A stretch of DNA of 47,423 nucleotides from Octopus bimaculoides (lineage: Eukaryota). A model generated the notes under the pieces. It did not search any database. It saw nothing but the letters and a program-made list of their open reading frames with translations, and was not told the DNA's origin. The DNA lies in NCBI RefSeq assembly GCF_001194135.2, contig NC_069005.1:14303965-14351387 (forward strand). Direction: 5' to 3'. Of the stretch, positions 1 through 12,419 are shown piece by piece; position 1 is the first letter of the stretch, and each line of letters opens with the position of its first letter. The position numbers were made by a program, and so were the translations under genes.

Positions 1-6
1 AATTAA

Positions 7-777
7 AAAACTAAGCTGTTGATTTTGACGTATGAGGTATTAAAAGATTCACTAATATTTCGGCTACCAAATAAAGTATGTTTTTTGCACAACTCTTTTT
101 TACTACAAAAATAACCCCGAAAACGAGGTCGGGTTGCTCAGTTTTGAGGTCTTTAGCTAAGGAAGGCAACTCTGAGTGTGTGTGTGTGTGGGTGTGTGTG
201 AGTGTGTGTGTATTAAACGGCACGGCATATAACCATTGAGCCAGTAGTCCATATTGCACTCCAAAACAGATATCTGGAAAGTAAGTTCGTGCTATAACAC
301 GGATCGAATATTCCAATGTTAGAGGTGTGTTGGCCACGGGGGTCATAGAGTACGGATAAACAACATATGACAGGAGAATATAGCGTAGAATGATTTAATT
401 CCAACTTCATTACACGTGTTTCAGTGACAATTACGTAATATTTATGTGAAGATATTTTTACTCACAAAAACGCTTTGTTAAAAGCGTTGTGAGCTAAAGA
501 ACGAGATATAATGACAGACAGTTGTCTAGAAGTTGTAAATGTTGCAGTAGATAACAAGTAAGTAGACACCTGTTAGATTGTGTAAATAGCAGTTATAAAA
601 ACAGACAGACCTTAAATTACACAGATTGTTCAAATTACGTATCACAGTCCTGTGTACCAAATCAGATAAGTTACAACGATCATAAAAGGATTATAGATAA
701 ATGCAAAATGAAAAATTAGAGAAAAAAATAGTAGTTGAAACAGACATATGCGTGTGTACGTGTGTGTGTGTGTATAT

Positions 778-853
<76 letters not shown>

Positions 854-1094
854 CCACATATCTTATATAATAAAACAGACTGCGTGTGTGTGCGTGACCG
901 CACGCGCTTATATTTCGTATGGATTCGAAAACTTAGTTGTCGATTTTAACGTATGAGGTATCAAAAGATTCAGCAATCTTTCGGCTACCAAATAAAGTAT
1001 GTTTTTTGGTACAACACTCTTTTTTACTACAAAATAACTTTGAAAACGAGGTCGGGTCGCACAATTTGGAGGTCTTTAGCTAAGGAAGGCAACT
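7..1094 (+). repeat. Diverged direct repeat of about 165 bp (7-171 and 928-1094), each copy followed by (TG)n
   Basis: Shared blocks ACGTATGAGGTAT, TCGGCTACCAAATAAAGTATGTTTTTTG, AAAACGAGGTCGGGT and GAGGTCTTTAGCTAAGGAAGGCAACT recur with a 921-bp period. Confidence 0.9.
782..853. repeat. (CA)n(TA)n compound microsatellite
   Basis: Directly visible. It generates the HT/YI/CV junk ORFs. Confidence 0.98.
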
Positions 1095-1224
1095 GTGTGT
1101 GTGTTTGTTTTGTTGTGGTGAAAGAAATACTTTTTCTCAGAATATTTTGCACAATAATTTTTTAACCATTCAACTTCAAATTACAATTGTTAATTTTTGG
1201 AAGTCAAGTAAACTGAGATATACA

Positions 1225-2127
1225 TACGTGGTCTGATCAATAAGTTTCGGGACTGTTTCCATAATAATGAAGCTAAAGCATGCAGAGTGAAGCTGCTGGG
1301 CACAGATTGAACTTGAACTCTGCTGTGCAGGTGTACTAAATTTGAACCGTTCTAGCTCATTTCCACTCTTTAAAGCAGTGCTTAGAAGGAATGTGTGTAG
1401 CGTGTGATCGTCGCATTGACCATGACAAAGTAAGTTGAGCAGAGAATATGCTTCAAATTTTGCCAAAAGCTTGGCGATACCTGTTCAGAGACCCACGCAA
1501 AGTTTCCAAAAAGTTTTCATCGTTCTCGACACAACCAAGATCTTGTGTAACTGACACCCGAGTGTCTTTTTGGTCAGCTGAAAGCAGTTTTGGCACAAAT
1601 TTGGCAGACACGTGTCTCATACACAAATCTTCAATGATAATGGACTGAACTGAACCGTAACTAATCTGCACGTCCTCTGATAACTTACGGATGGTGAATC
1701 GACGATTTCCCCTTGCAGCTGCACGCACATCTGCGATATTTTTCTCAGTTTTGCTTGTTGCGGGTCTCCCAGAACGTTCGTCAATATCGACATTTTTTCG
1801 GCCGTCTTGGAAACGTCAGAACTACTTGTACTCTTGTGTGCAACTCATACACTCCTCTCCATACACTTTCTGCATCTTTACGTAGGTCTCTGAGCAGGTA
1901 TTGCCATGACAGTTTTTTTTTTGGTGTCATGATCAATGCGACGATCACACACTATACACGTTCCTTCCAAACACTGCCGTAAACAGCGAAAGTGATTTAG
2001 AATATTAAAACTTAGTGCACATACACATCAGAGTTCAAGGTCAGTTTGTGCCAAGCGGCTTCACTCTGTGTGCTTTTAGCTTCGTTACTATGGCAACAGT
2101 CCGGATACTAATTGATCAGATCTCGTA
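1225..2127. mobile_element. Mariner fold-back derivative made of two inverted 5' ends
   Basis: Left end TACGTGGTCTGATCAATAAGTTTCGGGACTG matches the right-end reverse complement TACGAGATCTGATCAATTAGTATCCGGACTG. The inverted similarity spans 1225-1502 vs 1876-2127. The + arm encodes MTK*VEQRICFKFCQKLGDTCSETHAK. The - arm encodes a mariner HTH and linker (RRFTIRKLSEDVQISYGSVQSII...SAKFVPKLL). Confidence 0.85.
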
Positions 2128-2455
2128 TAGTGTTATCGTATAGAGTGGAAGTTCAATACGAAGTTTTGAACTCATTATCTTGTGGTTTGTAATCCATTAC
2201 CTTAAATTTGACGCCATTAAGTCTTTAAATATCATTTTACTTGGTTTAGTTTTTCGACTGTCGCCATGATGGGCTATCACCTTAAAAATTTCAATTGATC
2301 AAACTGACCACAGTACGAATTTCAATCTGGCATTTATTTTATAGATCTCTGCTTGATGATCTGCTAACTTTGAGACATAGTGGGACACAATATTCGATTT
2401 AACAGAAAATGCACACACACACACACACACACACATTAGGTGCATGAATGACTGT

Positions 2456-2530
2456 GGGCAAGTGCTTTCTATTATAGCCCTGGGCCAAACACAAACTTGT
2501 GACTGATTTCGGTAGACGGCAACTGCAACA
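2456..2530 (+). mobile_element. SINE central-domain fragment (same family as 17475-17830 and 22310-22672)
   Basis: GGGCAAGTGCTTTCTATTATAGCC...GATTTCGGTAGACGGCAACTG matches the central block of the other copies. Confidence 0.7.
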
Positions 2531-2929
2531 GTTGTTCATCAGAAAATGATCGAAAAACATGTTTATAAAGAAGAGTTGTTTGTTCCATACTCCGCGTGTA
2601 TCGACTCTACCTATAANNNNNNNNNNNNNNNNNNNNNNNNNNNNNNNNNNNNNNNNNNNNNNNNNNNNNNNNNNNNNNNNNNNNNNNNNNNNNNNNNNNN
2701 NNNNNNNNNNNNNNNNNNNNNNNNNNNNNNNNNNNNNNNNNNNNNNNNNNNNNNNNNNNNNNNNNNNNNNNNNNNNNNNNNNNNNNNNNNNNNNNNNNNN
2801 NNNNNNNNNNNNNNNNNNNNNNNNNNNNNNNNNATGTATATGTATATATATATACATATCCACATACATACACACAGTTACACACATACACACATATACG
2901 TGTATTATATGTATATATGTGTGTATATA

Positions 2930-2975
<46 letters not shown>

Positions 2976-2976
2976 A

Positions 2977-3865
2977 TACCAAGTGTAGTCAAAAAGTGTC
3001 CGACCTTGATTTTTTGCACAAAATAATAATGTATGAGCAAAATCCGCATGGGTATTAGGTGGCCGCGTCCTTCCCGAGCATGCGCAAGAAATTTCGTGTC
3101 TGTAGGTTGCGCCATTCACCCGCAGTGACGCGTTGAGTACAGACGTGAAATGTGTGCTGTGCGATTTTTCTTTTTGTGTCAAGATGACCGAGCGCATTGA
3201 GCAAAGATACTGTATCAAATTCTGTCAAAACGTTGGTCATACGCAAGCCCAGACTATCGAGAAGATTCAGAAGGCCTTTTGAGATGATGCTACGAGAAAA
3301 GCACAAATAAAGCAGTGGTACACTCAGTTCAAAATAGCCGCACCTCAGTGGACCGTGAGCCACATTGTGGCAGACCATCGACAAGCAGAAACTACGAAAT
3401 GATTGCAAAGGTTTAAGGAATAGTCTATGAAGACCGTCGTGTGACTAGTGAGGTGATTGTTGCCGAAGTTGGAATCAGTTATGGGTCAGCTCAACCAGTT
3501 CAATTCACTCAGTTCATTCCACCCACGTTGTCCAAGCCTTCCTTGTCAAGCAAGACACACCACTTGTTCGTCAGGCTTCCTACTCCCTAGACTTGATTCT
3601 GTGTGACTTTTGGCTGTCCCCAAAGCTGAAAAAACACTCAAAGGGAGATTTGAATCAAAGGAGGACATTAAGCAAAATTCGACGGCACAGCTCTACAATG
3701 TCCCAAAAAGGAATTTCCAGAAATGTTTCCAGCAGTGACAGGAACGCTGGCAGAAGTATGTAGACTCCCGAGGAGAATATTTTGAAGGAGACTAAATCAA
3801 AATGGCGAGTTTTTTAATTACTTGTTTTCGGCCAAAGGTCGGATACTTTTTGACTACACCTCGTA
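2977..3865 (+). mobile_element. Internally deleted mariner transposon with both TIRs
   Basis: Left TIR TACCAAGTGTAGTCAAAAAGTGTCCGACCTT vs right TIR (reverse complement) TACGAGGTGTAGTCAAAAAGTATCCGACCTT, with TA termini. Confidence 0.9.
3184..3795 (+). pseudogene. Mariner transposase pseudogene with the central catalytic region deleted
   Basis: The N-terminus MTERIEQRYCIKFCQNVG... is joined to a C-terminus with a YSPDL..CDF-like motif ending ...ERWQKYVDSRGEYFEGD*. Stops and frameshifts are present. Confidence 0.9.
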
Positions 3866-4333
3866 CGCATACACACACGTACATGTGGACGCACATAAAC
3901 ACACATATAATTAACATGCACACATAAATATACATTCACTCACGCAGATACATATATATGTATATATATATATATATATATAATAAAACCTTTGATTCAA
4001 TAGCACTGTGTACAAACTCTATACTTGGAATGACCAATTTTAAATACTACCGGATTTTACTCACAAGGTATTAGAATCTTATATGTATACCATTCTGCCT
4101 AAATTATGGATCTACAAATGCAATATCCCTGCATATCTCACATCTATTTTCATTCCACCATTTCACTCACTATTTCGTATCTTATCTAAATTAACTATTG
4201 CTTAACCATTTTCTCCCACCGTCTCCAATGAAGGGATATAATAAATATCCTGGAAACAGCTGTACGACCTTCTATTTATAAATGTTCTAGAATCTTCACA
4301 GCCTTGGTTTTTTATCTCATTCTGAAAAAAATT

Positions 4334-4352
4334 TATATATATATATATATAC

Positions 4353-4447
<95 letters not shown>
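4334..4447. repeat. (TA)n then long (GA)n microsatellite
   Basis: Directly visible; about 45 GA units. Confidence 0.98.
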
Positions 4448-4451
<4 letters not shown>

Positions 4452-5000
4452 TACACACACCCAGACGTACACGAGCGCGGGCGCGTACACACACGCATGC
4501 ATGCACGCACATACACACACACGTGTGTACTTTGATTTGTTTCAGTCATTAGACTACTGCTATGCTGGAGCTATACAAATAGATACGCATATTCACACAC
4601 AGAAGAGAATAATAATGTATATATTCCATTTACAGAGATACACCTATATAGACATAGCTGTCTCTGTCCCTCTTAATACAAAATCTTGCTTCTCATGAGT
4701 TGCATATAAAACGGTGGAAATAATACCAAAGAGTTTTTCAGTTAACAGCGACACTTTATTCTTCAGCTAAATAAAATTACACAGCGAACGAAATTAATAT
4801 ACCACCAAGAATGCTGTCAGTAGAATATTACATACACAGATGACTTTTCAGCTCAGTCGAACTTGGTTACATGTGCTTCAACAAGAACAAAAATAATGTG
4901 AAAACAAACTCCCCCCTCTGCTAAAATGAAAAGCTTCATGCTATTTATTTACAAGAAATGGCTCAGACGGACGTTTAGAATTTGCTGCGTTTGGTGGTCT

Positions 5001-5526
5001 ATACGCTTTACACCGCTTAAACTGCCAAAGGAGTAACTGTAAACAGCTGAATACTTGTCAGTGATTGCGCAATGCGATTGGATACGCACTCCGTATCCCG
5101 CGTAAAACTAAACCAACCCAATTCGGCAAAGTATTTCAGCGTCACAAGACTGGCGGCATGACCAATCAATAGAGACTTACGTGTGGAGCCCTTTTCAGAA
5201 TATTTAAGTCTAAATCATACAATTATGAAATTAGTCTCGCTACACATATTTTTGAATTAATTAGTATATTAAATTAGATTATAGGGATCTAGTTCAAAAC
5301 GGGGGCACCAGTTTTCATTTATGTTTTATGTAGTGTTTTTGGTACCGAAAGACTTTCAAACTTCGTATACTTATCTATTTTGTGTTATAGAACAGAAAAA
5401 AAATTTTGTATTCGAATTAATTTCATGTAAAAAAATTGTCTTATTTCGATAATTTCAACCAATCACTGACAAGTATTCAGCTGTTTATAGTTACTCCTTT
5501 GGCAGTTTAAGCGGTGTAAAGCGTAT
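5001..5526. repeat. 67-bp inverted repeat pair (5001-5067 and 5460-5526) around a 392-bp spacer; MITE-like
   Basis: 66/67 identity by manual alignment. No clear TSD. Confidence 0.8.
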
Positions 5527-5582
5527 TTAATCTCCATTACTTCTGACATTTTGCAGAGAGGCAACACACGTGTGTTCGTTTT

Positions 5583-5606
5583 CCCTAACCCTAACCCTAA
5601 CCCTAA
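5583..5606 (+). repeat. (CCCTAA)4 interstitial telomere-type repeat
   Basis: Four exact CCCTAA units (reverse complement TTAGGG). Confidence 0.9.
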
Positions 5607-5825
5607 TTGACTTGCTCCTTCCCTCAAAAACCAGGCCTTGTGCCTATAATAGAAAGATTTATTAGCTACTGCCAATATGCTTCAGCCATATTTTGACAAG
5701 GAAATAATAATTTTATCACCGCCAGAATCGTTTGAGAATCGTTTGTTTACTAACACCTTGCTAACACCTTGCTAAAATTTTGTAATCTGCATTTAGTAGA
5801 GTTACAAGCTTAAAATTATCAACAA

Positions 5826-6500
5826 TGTTCTCCTTGTTCAGATCCTTTCTCAGTAGCGCCACCAAACCTCGGCTCACAGATCTAGGGTTTCTCCCATCTG
5901 TTGCCAGTTGCGGTAGACACTCCGCAAAAGCTTACCGAACAAGTTTGGCATATGAATATAAAGTTCAAAAGTCAGACCATCCAATCCAAGAGACTTCTCC
6001 ACCTGTAACTTACCAACGCGTCACGTATATCTTCGATGTTATCGGCATTTCGCAGAACTCCACATCCCAGGCCGACAGCCGCGGCAGACTATCGAGGTAA
6101 GAAGTGAAGTTCACCTCTGCCTCCAGGCCACCATATGCTCCGTACAGTTCAGCAAAGTGCCGCTGAAATTCCGCACAAATCTGCTGGGACTCATTATGCA
6201 TGTGCCCGTCCTGACCCCTCAAAGACCGAATTGTAGTTTTATTACTACGTTGTGCCTCGGCTACCTGGCCCATCGAACGGTTTTCATTCCTTCCTGTTTT
6301 GGAGCACTTGCCCTAGCTCTGACAATGGAACTTTCATGCTTGGTGTTGAAGAATTGGTTCAGAACCAATCTCACTGTTGTGTCCACCACTCTGATTGGTT
6401 GGTATTGGCGCAGTTTGTCTCTTGTTATATTGCACACTAAGATGTAACCCAACCAATCGCAGCCTTCAGATAAGGTCGCGTGAGACAGTCTTTCTGAACC
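5826..6500 (-). pseudogene. Tx1/L1-like ORF2 fragment (endonuclease-RT linker into the RT start)
   Basis: LVLNQFFNTKHESSIVRARASAPKQEGMKTVRWAR aligns with LALNQHFEAQHMGCIVIARIRALGCEGIKAAGWAR of the element at 10410-10754. It continues as ICAEFQRHFAELYG...CEMPIT and GLDGLT..ELYIHMPNLFG in shifted frames. Confidence 0.8.
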
Positions 6501-6604
6501 CCAGTTTGAGCCGACAGTATGTTATAAAAGCTAGCCTCTCACCGTCACAGTTTGTGAGTCATGGCTCTAAATCTTCTGAGATCTAGCCGCTGGCCACAGG
6601 GCAC

Positions 6605-7289
6605 ACAGCCAGTTCCAGCGACGACACAACAGCAGCCACGTGGAGACTCAACACTCAACCATCAGCATACGGCTATCTCCATCTTCGTCGCCTCCAGCTT
6701 CTTAGCGTCAACACCAACTTCTCAACGTACACACCACTAGCGACGCTCGCACAGGTTCTATCTCCACACTGTTTGTGAATTGCTTCACCATGGTTAACAG
6801 CGAATACAACCTGCGAGAACTCCTGTACCAAGTAACCGGCAGCAGTATTGAAACCACAACTTCTCATGACATGTGCCTCTCCCCGGCTCTGCTACGCAGC
6901 CTCGACTTCTTGATACAGCACCTCAACTACTGTGTACCTTGACTATGAACTGGTATTTTATCATCCTTGTGTCTGGACATTCTTCTTTAGACTCTTTTCT
7001 ATGCTCTGTACTTATCGCACACACATACATCCATGTTTGTATACACATACACTTCGTTTACATGACGGCCTGTCTATTATTATGTTTATACGTCGTACTC
7101 ACACACGCACAGACACACATGTTGACATGTCAATAAAATCTTCTCTTAAACCTTCTACCGGTTGTGTCTCGCTTTTCCTTCTGGCTCTAATACTCACTTA
7201 TCCTCTTTTCATATTTTTATTTGTATCGACCGTGCGATGTACTAAAGGAGCCATTCCTCGTCACCTCTCCTGATCGCACGCTTCTTACA
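6605..7289 (+). mobile_element. 5'-truncated LTR, diverged relative of the solo LTR at 14380-15396
   Basis: Shares ACTACTGTGTAC..GAACTGGTAT, GTTTACATGACGGCC, CAATAAA, TCGACCGTG and the terminal TTCTTACA with the 14380 copy. The left boundary is approximate. Confidence 0.65.
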
Positions 7290-7359
7290 GGCTTTTAGTT
7301 GCGTCCGGAAGCTCAAAATCCTTACCGCTCGAAACAGAGGATTTGGGATTGGTGGACGT

Positions 7360-7476
7360 ATTCTTTTACACCAAGGCATGATATGTGCATGATAACACTT
7401 CCAAACACTTAAGATTAGAAGCCATGAGATCCACTGCAATGAGAACCACTAGTACTGCATCGATTATTATTATTAT
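7360..7476. mobile_element. Terminal fragment of the (ATT)n-associated non-coding element seen at 46723-47330
   Basis: CATGATAACACTTCCAA..TTAAGAT.AGAAGCCATGA..GTACTGCATC followed by (ATT)n matches about 47180-47340. Confidence 0.7.
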
Positions 7477-7489
7477 TTGCTCCACTTAA

Positions 7490-7800
7490 GGCGGCGAGCT
7501 GGCAGAATCGTTAGCACGCTGGACGAAATATTTAGTGATATTTCACCCGTCGTTACGTACTGAGTTCAAATTCCCCGATGTCGACTTTACCTTTCATCCT
7601 TTAGGGATCAATAAAATAAGTACCAGTTGAACACTGGGGTCGCTGTAATCCACTCATCTTCTCCCGCCAAATTGCTGCCTTCGTGGAAAAATTTGAAACC
7701 ATTCAGGTCTTGCGTCTATAGTAGAAAGGATAATTATTTATTCCGCTTAAGGCGGTGAGCTGGCAGAATCGTTGGCACGCCGGGCGAAACGCTTGCGGTT
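7490..7800 (+). mobile_element. tRNA-derived SINE (7490-7702) plus a second SINE head (7751-7800)
   Basis: Head GGCGGCGAGCTGGCAGAATCGTTAGCACG, B-box-like GAGTTCAAATTCC and body GTCGACTTT.CCTTTCATCCTT, all shared with other copies in the window. Confidence 0.85.
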
Positions 7801-8228
7801 TTGGTACTTGCAGTGTTTTTTTTTTTGTTTTTTGTTTTTTTTGCTTGAAGGTTAGTGTTGAAATTGTTGTTGAAATTGTTGTTGCTGAATTCTTTTTGTG
7901 TCGTTATTAATACTNNNNNNNNNNNNNNNNNNNNNNNNNNNNNNNNNNNNNNNNNNNNNNNNNNNNNNNNNNNNNNNNNNNNNNNNNNNNNNNNNNNNNN
8001 NNNNNNNNNNNNNNNNNNNNNNNNNNNNNNNNNNNNNNNNNNNNNNNNNNNNNNNNNNNNNNNNNNNNNNNNNNNNNNNNNNNNNNNNNNNNNNNNNNNN
8101 NNNNNNNNNNNNNNNNNNNNNNNNAAAAACTTGTAGAATCGGCAAAAAAGATTAATTTTGCAGTTGCGACTGGAGTGAAAAAAGAAAACTTATGTGTTGA
8201 CCGAAGTGTGCTAATGCAGCACCAAAAC

Positions 8229-9464
8229 ATGTTTTCAAAGGAGGGATACGACGTAAAAGCCGAGTGAAATCATAGAAGAAACGGAAAAAAAATCGTATTC
8301 AAAACTCTTGTTGTAAAGGAAAAGAAACTAGACAAAGCACCAAAAGAAGCTATAGAAAAATGCCTACAGTCGATCTGGCAGGACATAGAATACCTGACCA
8401 GAGGCAAACGATTTGCCACTGTAGTAGTGTATTTCAAAAGGGAAGAGAAAGCAAAAATACACTCAGTACAACCATTGAGAACCACGGACATTGTGTTGCT
8501 GCCAACATACTTAGGCAGGCGCTCACGATAGAAGAAATCCCGCCAGAAATAAACGTATCATGGCTACTCCCAGCCCTACTAATAAGGATAGAAGAAGAAA
8601 TAACGATATTAGAGGCCTCAAAAATACACCGGCAGAACTGGAAGGGGCGAGGCTTCGAGGTCATTATCCAAGCGGCGTCACAGACCCTAGAAAAGATCGT
8701 AGAGAACATACACCTCGGAGAAGAAACCACCTTACAGGTAATGGTGGAGGGGAGAAGACCCCGGTGCTTCGAACGTGGAGAGAAGGGCCACTTTCGGGCA
8801 AACTGTCCTACCTGTAAGGTGGAGACAACCCCAAAAAAGGATGCAGAAGAGGCAGAGACACAGAAGACCAACCAGCAGGCTCCCAGCAATGAAAGCACTC
8901 GACCAGCTGGGAGTGAAGACGGATGGTCTGCGGTAAAAAAGAAGAAATTAACCAGCAGGAAGAACCCCAATCCCACCCACTTCAAAATCCAGCTCGAACA
9001 AGAAAAAAGCTTCCTCAACAGACACACACGAAACTCAAACTACCCCTCCCCACCACTATCCACCAAAAAAAACACCTATATCCCCTCCCTCTCACCCAGC
9101 CCTGATATTTCACCCCTCCAATCCCCATCCTCCAGTTTCGATATCCCTCCTCCCGTACATCCCCTCCGCCCAGCCCAGGAAAATCATCCCTCCCCTCCAG
9201 TCACAGAAAAAAAATATGGCAAATCAAGTTATTATTAGTGGCAATAAATGCCACAAACGAACAATTGACAACTAGAATTAGAAATATTCTTACGGGAGAA
9301 ATCTTCAAAGAACATTACACAAAACTTCCAGAAGGAATTTTGATAATACAAATAGACGATATAAACCTTGCAATATTAAAATCATATTTTCCCACAGACA
9401 TAGCGCCCCGAGGCTGGACTTCAGTAAGTCCATGTACGAGGACCTATGTCAAACCACCCCACGA
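8229..9464 (+). pseudogene. Tx1/L1-type ORF1 (gag-like) with a degenerate zinc knuckle; frameshifted
   Basis: TLVVKEKKLDKAPKEAIEKCL...VLLPTYLG, then a frameshift into IEEIPPEINVSWL...VMVEGRRPRCFERGEKGHFRANCP (CX2CX4HX4C with the second C replaced by R), followed by a basic and Pro-rich tail. It ends at the N-gap. Confidence 0.75.
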
Positions 9465-9673
9465 NNNNNNNNNNNNNNNNNNNNNNNNNNNNNNNNNNNN
9501 NNNNNNNNNNNNNNNNNNNNNNNNNNNNNNNNNNNNNNNNNNNNNNNNNNNNNNNNNNNNNNNNNNNNNNNNNNNNNNNNNNNNNNNNNNNNNNNNNNNN
9601 NNNNNNNNNNNNNNNNNNNNNNNNNNNNNNNNNNNNNNNNNNNNNNNNNNNNNNNNNNNNNNNNNNNNNNNNN

Positions 9674-12350
9674 GCAAGGTCGCTTCCTTAATGACATCAG
9701 GTTGCGCAATTTGAATGTCATTGTTGCTACGGAAACTCGGTTAAGGGTGGGGCAAGAGATCTCCTCCCGCTATTTGATGGCTACGAGAGTTTTTCTCTCT
9801 CCGGGCTGTGGGAAGGGAGTGTTAGTCCTGTTAAAAAGAAACCGGGTTTCTGAGAAAAAGTTAATTTTCTCAGATCCAGAAGGTAGGCTGGTCGTCATGG
9901 ATTTGACGCTCAGTCGTGGTAAGATTATCAGACTGGTTGCAATTCATGCACCCACTAAAAACGGGCAAAGTGAGTATTTTCGGAACCTGGAGAAGTTTCT
10001 CGGTACATCACATTCCCTAGTTGTGCTAGGAGACTATGACACAATCTGCGACGCACGCGTGGATTATGTTGGCTCGTGTTCTGATAGAAGAGGTAATGCT
10101 TGCTTCTTGGAACTGCTAAGCCGCTTTGAGCTAGCAGATCCTTATAGGCTGGAATTTCTGAACGCTCTATTGTGGACATGTTCAAACAGTGACGGATCTT
10201 CCAGGTCATACCTAGATAGGGTGATAATTAGAAAAGCAGATAAGGATATTGCTAGGTGTCCACAGTTTTTCCCAGTCAGCTACAGTGATCATAAAATGGT
10301 CATCTGATCATAAAATGTTCATCAGATAAGTTATATAATAGAGGGTCGGCTACTGGAAACTTAATACGTCCCTTTTGGCGATTAAGGAGTACAGAGACAG
10401 ATTAAGTTATTGATTCACAGGGTATTAACCAGATCTGTTATTAATAACAAATGGTGGTATGCCCTCAAGCGAGCCATTAAATTTGGGTCTATTAGATATA
10501 GCACAGGTTTAGTTGCTAGAGAGACTAGGAAGGGATTAGCATTAGCTAATGACTTAGAGGAAGCAATGGAATCTGGCTCTGCAGATCAGGTGACGGCCAA
10601 GAAACTGGCTTTAAACCAGCACTTCGAAGCCCAACATATGGGTTGCATTGTCATAGCTAGGATTCGTGCATTGGGTTGTGAAGGAATCAAGGCCGCGGGA
10701 TGGGCCCGAGTGGTGGAACCCAACATGGAAACTATGGCACAATTCGATCTTTGACGAACCAATGAGGTAAGTTGATAAACGAACCCGAGATGTGTAAGGC
10801 CTTTCAGGAGTACTTCACCAAGCTTTTCGGTGGGGGCGGCGGGCCGGACAGTAGGAGGGACCTAACGGACTTCCTCGCCGGGCTGCCGCCCTATCGGGGC
10901 AGGATGCGGAGCGTTGTGAAGGGCCGATCACGCCTGAGGAGGTAATTGAGGCTATGGCGGACTGCGGCGCGCGTAAGATTTGTTCGAGCACCTGCTGCCG
11001 AATGTCTACACAAACTGGCAGCAGAGTGGGTTCATTCCCAGATCTGTGCGCCAGGGATTGGTGATGCTTGTCAGAAAGGACCCGAACAACGTCCTTGCAT
11101 TGATAATTTTCGGCCCATCACTCTGCTAAACACAGAGTTGAAGATTTTGGCCAAAGTGTTAATGAAAAGATTGGCGCGTGTCGCGGATGGCTTGATCGGC
11201 AAGGCACAGACATGTGCTGTTCCCGGTAGATCCATCCAGGATAATCTCCATTTTATACGGTACACTGTAGAGGGGTTTAATAACGATTCTGGCATGGGAG
11301 GGGCAGTGGTCCATTTAGACCAATCAAAGGCTTCTGATAGGGTCGGCCATCATTACCTGGTGTCCGTTCTGGCGCGGTTCGGCCTGGGTCTTAGCTTCTT
11401 CAGGTGGATCGTTGAAATTTNNNNNNNNNNNNNNNNNNNNNNNNNNNNNNNNNNNNNNNNNNNNNNNNNNNNNNNNNNNNNNNNNNNNNNNNNNNNNNNN
11501 NNNNNNNNNNNNNNNNNNNNNNNNNNNNNNNNNNNNNNNNNNNNNNNNNNNNNNNNNNNNNNNNNNNNNNNNNNNNNNNNNNNNNNNNNNNNNNNNNNNN
11601 NNNNNNNNNNNNNNNNNNNNNNNNNNNNNNNNNNNNNNNNNNNNNNNNNNNNNNNNNNNNNNNNNNNNNNNNNNNNNNNNNNNNNNNNNNNNNNNNNNNN
11701 NNNNNNNNNNNNNNNNNNNNNNNNNNNNNNNNNNNNNNNNNNNNNNNNNNNNNNNNNNNNNNNNNNNNNNNNNNNNNNNNNNNNNNNNNNNNNNNNNNNN
11801 NNNNNNNNNNNNNNNNNNNNNNNNNNNGGACCAGGCCTCCAAATAGAGACGAACTGGGCCGAGGTAGCGAGCAGGGTGGCCCACATAGCCAAGACCTGGT
11901 CTTGGCGGTGGCTATTCCTTAAAGGGAGGGCGGAGGTAGCCAATGTGTTCATCGCATCGGTCATCACCTACCGCCTAACCGTCGTTCTCTGCCCTGATTC
12001 GTGGTTGAGTAAGCTGGAAAGACAGCTCTTCCGCTTCTTGTGGAAGGGCGCGAATCTTGTGGAAGGGCTCGAGACGCTCTATTTGCTGTCAACAACCGTT
12101 AAAGGGTGGGCTAGGGATGCCTTGGCTGATGATGCGCAGGTTGAAACATCTGTGGCTCCATCTGGATGGTAATCAGGTGTGGTCTCCGCTGGCGAAACAG
12201 ATGTTTCCCAAGTTCACTTGATTCGGTGAACTGGATACCTGGTTCTACCGTAGATTGAAGTTGGGTACATGGTTTACGGAGTGTCGTAAGGCTCTCCGGA
12301 TATTCCATCTCTCGGGCAACGCCTGCGGTAGTAGAGTAGGGTTGGTAGAG
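9674..12350 (+). pseudogene. Tx1/L1-clade ORF2: AP-endonuclease plus reverse transcriptase; disrupted and 3'-truncated
   Basis: APE motifs ATETR, GDYD, DPYR, YLDR and SDH. RT motifs FRPITLLNTELKILAKVL, QTCAVPGRSIQDN and LDQSKASDRV. The gap at 11421-11827 hides the RQG/YADD region. A 19-bp tandem duplication at 10286-10323 creates a stop. Confidence 0.92.
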
Positions 12351-12419
12351 GCGAAATCTGACCCCACATCAGATTGTACTGTCCCCTCTTTGTTGTCCCC
12401 TTGTGGGAAATAAAAAAAT

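Noticed and set aside
5583-5606. True telomere or chromosome fusion site
   Set aside because: There are only four units in a single orientation, deep inside the scaffold.
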